Assembly: GCA_944349595.1 (NCBI GenBank)
Contig: CALVNF010000002.1
Coordinates: 4,386-68,385, forward strand
Direction: 5' to 3'
DNA length: 64,000 nt
Origin: an uncultured Bacilli bacterium
Lineage (GTDB): Bacteria > Bacillota_I > Bacilli_A > RFN20 > CAG-826
Shown here one piece after another: positions 58,188 to 64,000 of the stretch. Made by a program: the position numbers and the translations under genes. The notes below the pieces were generated by a model. It ran no database searches, was not told the DNA's origin, and saw nothing but the letters and a program-made list of their open reading frames with translations. Position 1 is the stretch's first letter. The number at the start of each line of letters is the position of its first letter.

Positions 58188-60344
58188 ATGAAAAATACAA
58201 CATTTCAAGCTATTTTAGTCGATTTTAATACAATTAGAGTTACTGTATTTTCTTTAAATGCAAAACCAGAGAGAGAAGCAATAAGAATTGTTAAAGATGA
58301 ATTTGATATACAAAATTTACAAATTTTAAAGACAAATTCAATTTCTGGTATTTTTATTTATGAATGTAAAACTCCTTATACAATCGAATTAGGTCATAAA
58401 TATGATATTCAAATTGATTCTTTTGGAATTACATCCTTAAATGTCAATGAGATTTCTCTTGATCCTAAATTTGATGAAAAATATTATTATGATGGAGATG
58501 ATTTAGGAGCAAATTATTTTGATAAATATACTGAATTTGTCCTTTGGGCGCCTCTTGCAAGTAATGTTTTATTAAAATTATCAAGAAACAATGGTAAAAG
58601 TTTTGAAGCTCTTCCAATGGTTAGATTTTCAAAAGGCGTTTATAGATGCAAAGTTGATGGTAATTTAGATGGAGCTTATTATTCATATTTTGTTGAAAAT
58701 TCCGGATTAGTTAGAGAAACAAGTGATCCTTATGCAAAAGGTTCGACTCCAAATGGTAGATATAGTGTTGTAATTAATTTTAAAAGAACAAAAATTGATT
58801 TAGAAAATGAAGATTTACCTATTACTAAATCTTACACAGATGCAATAATTTATGAATTAAGTGTTAGAGATTTTACAATTTCTCCTTATACGAATATTAA
58901 AAATAAAGGTAAATTTTTAGGTTTGGCTGAAGAAAAAAGAACGACATTAAAGGGTAATCCTGCAGGTTTAGATTATTTAAAATATCTTGGTGTAACCCAT
59001 GTTCAAATTCTTCCATTTTTTGATTTTAAAACTGTCGATGAACTTCACCCTGATTTACAATATAATTGGGGTTATGATCCAGCACAATACTTTGTTCCAG
59101 AAGGTAGTTATGCAAGTGATGTCGAGGATCCATATTCAAGAATTATTGATTTGAAGAAGATGATTAAAGCATTACACCATAACAAAATTAAAGTTGTCAT
59201 GGATGTTGTTTTTAACCATGTATTTGAAAGTGGTTTTAATGCTTTTGAAAAAGTTGTGCCAAATTATTATTTTAGAAGAAGACAAAATGGATTTTTATCA
59301 AATGGATCTGGTTGTGGAAATGATGTTGCAAGTGAAAGACAAATGGTTTCTAAATTAATTTGTGACGCTTGTACTTTTTGGATTAAAGAATATGGAATTG
59401 ATGGCTTTAGATTTGATTTAATGGGTTTAACTGATAAACATACAATTAATAAAGTTTATCGAGAAGCAATTTCAATTAAAAAAGATTTTATTCTTTATGG
59501 TGAAGGTTGGAACATGCAAACTGAACTTGAAGAATCTCTTAAAACTAATTTAAATAATGCATTAAACTTACCACAAATTGGATTTTTTAATGATTCATAT
59601 CGAGATATTATAAAAGGTCCATCTTCAGAAGGTGGTTTTTATCAAAAAGGTTATTTAACTGGTGATTTTTCATACTTAGAAGGTTTTAAATTTGCTGTTA
59701 TGGGTTCATGCATAAATTATTGTTTTAACCGAAGATTTTTAAATGCTAATCAATCAATTAATTATGCCGAATGCCATGATAATGGGGCTTTATATGATAA
59801 GATTTGTGCATGTGATGGAAATAGTGATTATTCATTTGTAAAAAGAATTTTAAAAATGGTTAATGCAACTATTCTTTTATCGTTTGGTGTTCCATTTTTC
59901 CATTCTGGTCAAGAAATTGGTCAAAGTAAAAATAATAATCACAATACTTATAATATGGGTGATAAATATAATATGTTTAGATACGATTTATTAGATCAAC
60001 GTTTTGATATGGCAAATTATTTAAAGAGTTTAATAAAATTTAGAAAAACCATGAATTTTATAAAAGTTTCATCTGCTGATTTAATTCAAGATATTGTTTA
60101 TTTTGAAAATCTTGAAAAGGGAGGAGTAAGAATTGAATATAATATAGAAAAATATGATTCAAATTCAAAATTTAAGAAAATGCATTTATTTATAAATCCT
60201 TCAAATGAAACAATATATTATAATTCAGAAGTTTATTTAAGATTGTTATTAAGTGATGTTGGATATGCTGAAATGGAATCTTTAAATGTTATTAATTTAG
60301 CAATTCCTGGCTTTTCAATTCAATTATTTGGTGAGGTTAAATAA
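58188..60344 (+). CDS. pulA: Type I pullulanase (GH13_14)
   Basis: YGANY-like FDKYTEFVLWAP (CBM48), YELSVRDFT, DVVFNHV, GIDGFRFDLMG, YGEGWNM and ECHDN. Confidence 0.85.
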   Translation: MKNTTFQAILVDFNTIRVTVFSLNAKPEREAIRIVKDEFDIQNLQILKTNSISGIFIYECKTPYTIELGHKYDIQIDSFGITSLNVNEISLDPKFDEKYYYDGDDLGANYFDKYTEFVLWAPLASNVLLKLSRNNGKSFEALPMVRFSKGVYRCKVDGNLDGAYYSYFVENSGLVRETSDPYAKGSTPNGRYSVVINFKRTKIDLENEDLPITKSYTDAIIYELSVRDFTISPYTNIKNKGKFLGLAEEKRTTLKGNPAGLDYLKYLGVTHVQILPFFDFKTVDELHPDLQYNWGYDPAQYFVPEGSYASDVEDPYSRIIDLKKMIKALHHNKIKVVMDVVFNHVFESGFNAFEKVVPNYYFRRRQNGFLSNGSGCGNDVASERQMVSKLICDACTFWIKEYGIDGFRFDLMGLTDKHTINKVYREAISIKKDFILYGEGWNMQTELEESLKTNLNNALNLPQIGFFNDSYRDIIKGPSSEGGFYQKGYLTGDFSYLEGFKFAVMGSCINYCFNRRFLNANQSINYAECHDNGALYDKICACDGNSDYSFVKRILKMVNATILLSFGVPFFHSGQEIGQSKNNNHNTYNMGDKYNMFRYDLLDQRFDMANYLKSLIKFRKTMNFIKVSSADLIQDIVYFENLEKGGVRIEYNIEKYDSNSKFKKMHLFINPSNETIYYNSEVYLRLLLSDVGYAEMESLNVINLAIPGFSIQLFGEVK

Positions 60345-60346
60345 TA

Positions 60347-60631
60347 ATGATTTCAAGTGTTACTTTAGTATGTAGAGCAGAAGAAGTTTTAGAAAATGGT
60401 TATCGAATGGTTTCTTTTGATAATTTTAATGATGGCGAGGCTAAAACTTTTAGATTTAAAGTAAGATATTGGAACTCTTCTCCAAATTGTAAATTTATGT
60501 CATTTAAAGATGGTACTTTATTAGTTATAATGGGATCTTTAGCAAATGATGATAGTGGATTACCAATCATTGTCGCTGAAAGAGTTCAATATTTAGATAA
60601 TGGAAAAGAAAGGATTGCAAAAGATTTATGA
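60347..60631 (+). CDS. Small hypothetical protein (94 aa)
   Basis: Tightly coupled between pulA and plsC, with housekeeping-like composition and no recognised motif. Confidence 0.4.
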   Translation: MISSVTLVCRAEEVLENGYRMVSFDNFNDGEAKTFRFKVRYWNSSPNCKFMSFKDGTLLVIMGSLANDDSGLPIIVAERVQYLDNGKERIAKDL

Positions 60632-61425
60632 TTAGATTAATTGTTGCAATTTTTGTATTAGTTCCAAAAATTATATATTGGTATTTTTCCTGGATTTTAT
60701 ATTATTCAATTAAAAAAGATAAAATTCCATTAGAACAAAGATTTGCAAAAGTCCAATATGCTTGTATACAAGTTATTAAATATTTAAATATAAAAATTGA
60801 TGTTCATGGATTAGAAAAGTTTAATGTAAATGATGAAAATAAATATTTAATAATGTGTAATCATCAATCAATGATTGATCCATTAATTTTTATTGCATTA
60901 GCTTCAAGACCAATGAGCTTTGTTGCAAAAAAAGAAGTCATGAAATATCCTTTTGTTGGAAGAGTTCTAAAAATTTTAGATGGTAAAACTCTTGATAGAA
61001 ATGATTTAAAGAGTCAAGTCAAAACTATTTTAGAAATTGAAAAGAGTCTTAAAAATAATGAAATCGATTGGTTAATTTTTCCAGAGGGTAAAAGACAAAA
61101 AAGTCCATATGATGGAATTTTAACAATTCATCATGGTACTTTTAAAATACCTTTAAATACTTCAAAAGATCTATATGTCTGCAATTTATTTGGAACTTTT
61201 AGACCATTGCAATTTTTAAGATATCAAAATATTAAATCCTTAATTCAATTAAACATTGATCAAAAATTAACAATAGATGATTATAAGGAATTTAAAAGCA
61301 CTGATTTTGCAAATTATGTAGCAAATATAATGTCTGATGTTTATAATGAGCAAAAAGAAGTTGATATAAAAAAGTACAAAGTTAAAATCAAAAAGGAAAA
61401 GAAAAAATTAAAGAAAGCATCTTAA
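60628..61425 (+). CDS. plsC: 1-acyl-sn-glycerol-3-phosphate acyltransferase
   Basis: MCNHQSMIDP (NHxSxxD) and FPEGKRQ motifs, plus an N-terminal TM helix. Confidence 0.8.
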   Translation: MIRLIVAIFVLVPKIIYWYFSWILYYSIKKDKIPLEQRFAKVQYACIQVIKYLNIKIDVHGLEKFNVNDENKYLIMCNHQSMIDPLIFIALASRPMSFVAKKEVMKYPFVGRVLKILDGKTLDRNDLKSQVKTILEIEKSLKNNEIDWLIFPEGKRQKSPYDGILTIHHGTFKIPLNTSKDLYVCNLFGTFRPLQFLRYQNIKSLIQLNIDQKLTIDDYKEFKSTDFANYVANIMSDVYNEQKEVDIKKYKVKIKKEKKKLKKAS

Positions 61426-62670
61426 TTTTTTTGGATAAAGATTATTTCCTTTATTATTTGAAACTTTTATAAAGCCTAAATTAATGTTGTTATATGAAAC
61501 AATATAATAACCGTTTTCTTTATTTATATTTAATTGTTGTCCCGAAATATATTGCTTAAATTCATCGTACGTTAATTTTATTGCGCTATCATTATCTAAA
61601 TATCTTGAAAGAGCTAAAGATGGTTTTATCTTTTTATTTTCAATATCAAGAATTTTTAATCCATATCTTAAAACGTTAAAATATTTTAAATTTATTACAT
61701 TATTAAATCCATAAATTCCATTATCTGTTTTGTATAAGTTTTTAAAATTTAAGAAGTTTAATTCTTTCATTTTTACGTTTGAAAAATTGATATTATTGAA
61801 AAATATTGAGGTTTTGCAGTGTTTTTTGATTAAACAAATATATTGTCCTTCGCATTCAAATAAATATGGCATTATATAAATACCAATATTTTTATCACCA
61901 TTTACAAATTCATTATCTTTATTTAGATCAATTAATTCTAAATCTTCGTGTTTATTTAAAAATTTTTCAATTTGGTTTTCATTTTCTTGTTTTGATAATG
62001 AACAAGTTGAATAATATAAAGTTCCGCCATCTTGTAACATGTAATATGCATATTCAAGCAAATTTTCCTGCATGAATGAATATTTTTTAACTTTTTCTTG
62101 TGTCCAATCTTCTTTTGCAAATTCATTTTTTCTAAACATAAAAGATCCGCTACATGGGGCATCTAGAATAATTTTAGAAAACTTTTTGTTATAAAATTTA
62201 TATATTTTTTCAAAATCATTACAAGTTACAAAAACATTACTAAATCCATAATTTTCAATATTATTTGATAATATTTTTGCTCTTGAATAATTAATATCAT
62301 TTGAAATTAAGACCCCATTATTTTTTAATTTAATTGCAATATCAATGCTTTTTCCTCCCGGAGCAGCACACATATCTAAAATTATATCGTTTTCATTTAC
62401 ATCTAAAAATTTAGAAATCATCATAGATGCGGCATCTTGAATATAAAATACCCCATTATAAAATCTATAATCATTTCCTAAACTTTGTTTTGAATAATAC
62501 GCATTGTCAATGTATGGGTGTTTTTTATAAATGATATCAGAAACAAAAGTTTCATCATATTTAATTGTATTTAAAATAAAAGAGTAAGTTCTTTCCTTAT
62601 CAAACTCATTTATTAATTTTTCATATACATCTTTTGAATATTCTTTTTGTAGATAATCTAAAAAATTCAT
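61408..62670 (-). CDS. RsmB/RsmF (NOL1/NOP2/Sun) family rRNA cytosine-C5 methyltransferase with RsmF-like C-terminal domain
   Basis: SAM motif DMCAAPGGKS, catalytic DAPCSGSF and TCS. The C-terminus (GLKILDIENKKIKPSLALSRYL) matches the RsmF C-terminal domain. The start is taken at MNFLDYL. Confidence 0.75.
   Translation of the reverse strand: MNFLDYLQKEYSKDVYEKLINEFDKERTYSFILNTIKYDETFVSDIIYKKHPYIDNAYYSKQSLGNDYRFYNGVFYIQDAASMMISKFLDVNENDIILDMCAAPGGKSIDIAIKLKNNGVLISNDINYSRAKILSNNIENYGFSNVFVTCNDFEKIYKFYNKKFSKIILDAPCSGSFMFRKNEFAKEDWTQEKVKKYSFMQENLLEYAYYMLQDGGTLYYSTCSLSKQENENQIEKFLNKHEDLELIDLNKDNEFVNGDKNIGIYIMPYLFECEGQYICLIKKHCKTSIFFNNINFSNVKMKELNFLNFKNLYKTDNGIYGFNNVINLKYFNVLRYGLKILDIENKKIKPSLALSRYLDNDSAIKLTYDEFKQYISGQQLNINKENGYYIVSYNNINLGFIKVSNNKGNNLYPKKLRCFL
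61799..61830 (+). repeat. Copy E of the dispersed ~30-bp repeat, in-frame inside the RsmF-like CDS (antisense to it)
   Basis: aaaaatattgaggttttgcagtgttttttgat, translated on the minus strand as ...IKKHCKTSIFF... Confidence 0.8.
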
Positions 62671-62703
62671 ATAATTATTATATATAAAAAAGAGGTTATT
62701 TGT

Positions 62704-64000
62704 ATGAGAATGGTTGAAATTATCGAACACAAAAGAGATAAAAAAGTTTTAACTGATGAAGAAATAAAGTTTTTTATTTCCAATTACGTCAAAGGCGAAA
62801 TTCCAGATTATCAAGCATCTTCTTTATTGATGGCTATTTTATTAAATGGAATGAATGATCACGAAACATTTATTTTAACAGAATGTATGTTACATAGTGG
62901 CGATGTAATGGATCTTTCAAAAATTAATGGAGTAAAAGTAGATAAGCATTCAACAGGCGGAGTTGGTGATAAAACTAGTTTAGTTTTAGGACCTCTTGTT
63001 GCAAGTTGTGGTGCAAAATTAGCAAAGATGTCTGGAAGAGGTTTAGGTCATACTGGTGGAACTTTGGATAAAATGGAATCGATTCCTGGAATGAAAATTA
63101 ATATAAGAGAAGAAGATTTTATTAATCAAGTTAATAAAATTGGAATGGCTATTGTTGGCCAAACTGGTCATTTAGTTCCAGCTGATAAAAAATTATATGC
63201 TTTAAGGGATGTAACTGGAACCGTTGATTCAATTCCATTAATTGCAAGTTCAATTATGTCAAAAAAATTAGCTTCTGGAAGCGATGCTATTTTACTTGAT
63301 GTTAAAGTTGGTGATGGTGCATTTATGAAAACAATGCAAGACGCTGAAAAACTTGCTAACACAATGGTTTCAATTGGAAAATATTTCAAAAAAGATGTAA
63401 AAGCAATTTTAACGGATATGGATGAACCATTAGGCAATGCAGTTGGAAATACTTTGGAAGTAATTGAAGCTATTAATACACTTAAAGGCAATGGTCCAAA
63501 AGATTTAACTGAATTATGTTTAAAGGCTGGAAGTATTATGCTTATGCAAGCAAAAATTGTAGATTCATTAACTGAAGGTGAAGAACTACTAAAAACAAAA
63601 ATTAAAAGTGGTGAAGCTTTCAATAAATTTGTTGAATTTGTTCAAGCACAACATGGTGATATCTCATATGTTTTAGATACAGAAAAATTCCAAAAAGCAA
63701 AATATGTTTATAATTTTACTTCAAAAGAAGAAGGTTATCTTAAACGTATTAAAGCATTTGAAATTGGTGAATTTGCCATGAATTTAGGTGCTGGAAGAGA
63801 AAAAATAGAAGATAAAATTGATTATTCAGCTGGAATTCTACTCAATAAAAAAATTGGAGATTATGTTAAAAAAGGTGATATACTTTGTACAATTTACACA
63901 AATAAAGACAATTTAAATGAATTTGTAAATAAATTATATTCTGCTTATGAATTTTCAAATGAAAAAATAAGTGATAGAAAAATTATTTATAAAATTATTT
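62704..64000 (+). CDS. pdp: Pyrimidine-nucleoside (thymidine) phosphorylase, 3' end beyond the window
   Basis: AGAGG RBS then ATG at 62704. Motifs VDKHSTGGVGDKTSL, GRGLGHTGGTLDK and SIMSKK. It is absent from the ORF track because no stop occurs in the window. The listed minus ORF 63168..63623 is its antisense artefact. Confidence 0.9.
   Translation, partial: MRMVEIIEHKRDKKVLTDEEIKFFISNYVKGEIPDYQASSLLMAILLNGMNDHETFILTECMLHSGDVMDLSKINGVKVDKHSTGGVGDKTSLVLGPLVASCGAKLAKMSGRGLGHTGGTLDKMESIPGMKINIREEDFINQVNKIGMAIVGQTGHLVPADKKLYALRDVTGTVDSIPLIASSIMSKKLASGSDAILLDVKVGDGAFMKTMQDAEKLANTMVSIGKYFKKDVKAILTDMDEPLGNAVGNTLEVIEAINTLKGNGPKDLTELCLKAGSIMLMQAKIVDSLTEGEELLKTKIKSGEAFNKFVEFVQAQHGDISYVLDTEKFQKAKYVYNFTSKEEGYLKRIKAFEIGEFAMNLGAGREKIEDKIDYSAGILLNKKIGDYVKKGDILCTIYTNKDNLNEFVNKLYSAYEFSNEKISDRKIIYKII

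Noticed and set aside
63168-63623. Listed minus-strand 151-aa ORF
   Set aside because: Lies entirely inside, and antisense to, the strongly conserved pyrimidine-nucleoside phosphorylase gene (62704->end). It is a shadow ORF in the higher-GC frame.
1-64000. CRISPR arrays, rRNA operons, tRNA genes, integrases or transposases
   Set aside because: Scanned for regularly spaced direct repeats, GC-rich RNA-like blocks and recombinase motifs; none found. The only recurring repeat is the dispersed 30-mer, at kb-scale irregular spacing.

Overview
A 64-kb stretch of a very AT-rich (roughly 25-30% GC) low-GC Gram-positive or Mollicutes-like chromosome. UGA is a stop codon (the helicase, ABC ATPase and ylxR ORFs end in TGA), so this is genetic code 11 rather than the mycoplasma code. 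There are many lipoproteins with L-x-x-C lipoboxes and an Acholeplasma-like or Erysipelotrichia-like gene content.

The right two thirds (about 21.6-64 kb) are conserved housekeeping genes: gpmA, two DegV/FakB paralogues, acyltransferases, a GH13 amylase, a ZIP transporter, pdxK, pepC, rubredoxin, an Orn/Lys/Arg decarboxylase, rimP-nusA-ylxR-ylxQ-infB-rbfA, truB, rpsO, pnp, RNase J, ftsK, acpS, pullulanase, plsC, an RsmF-like methyltransferase and pdp.

The left third (1 to about 20 kb) looks accessory. It holds a 5'-truncated SF2 helicase followed by a nonsense-disrupted T5orf172 gene. Next is an extremely AT-rich 752-aa protein with a winged-HTH-like N-terminus, LRR-like repeats and a C-terminal NB-ARC/STAND-like P-loop. 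Converging on it is a stand-alone Rel/SpoT-type HD small-alarmone-hydrolase gene, with a divergent XRE regulator. A small acidic protein plus a 96-aa protein sit upstream of a surface lipoprotein nuclease (4x Big_2 plus an Endonuclease-I domain). Further on are an ABC-2 transporter, a GNAT, a PLD-nuclease/SF2-helicase fusion protein immediately followed by a NUDIX gene, a GDSL hydrolase, a choloylglycine-hydrolase-family amidase and a LysR regulator.

A roughly 30-bp repeat (AAAAATATTGAGGTTTTGCAGAGTTTTTTGA) occurs at six loci. Some copies are intergenic and two sit in-frame inside conserved CDSs.

No rRNA, tRNA, CRISPR array, integrase or transposase was recognised.
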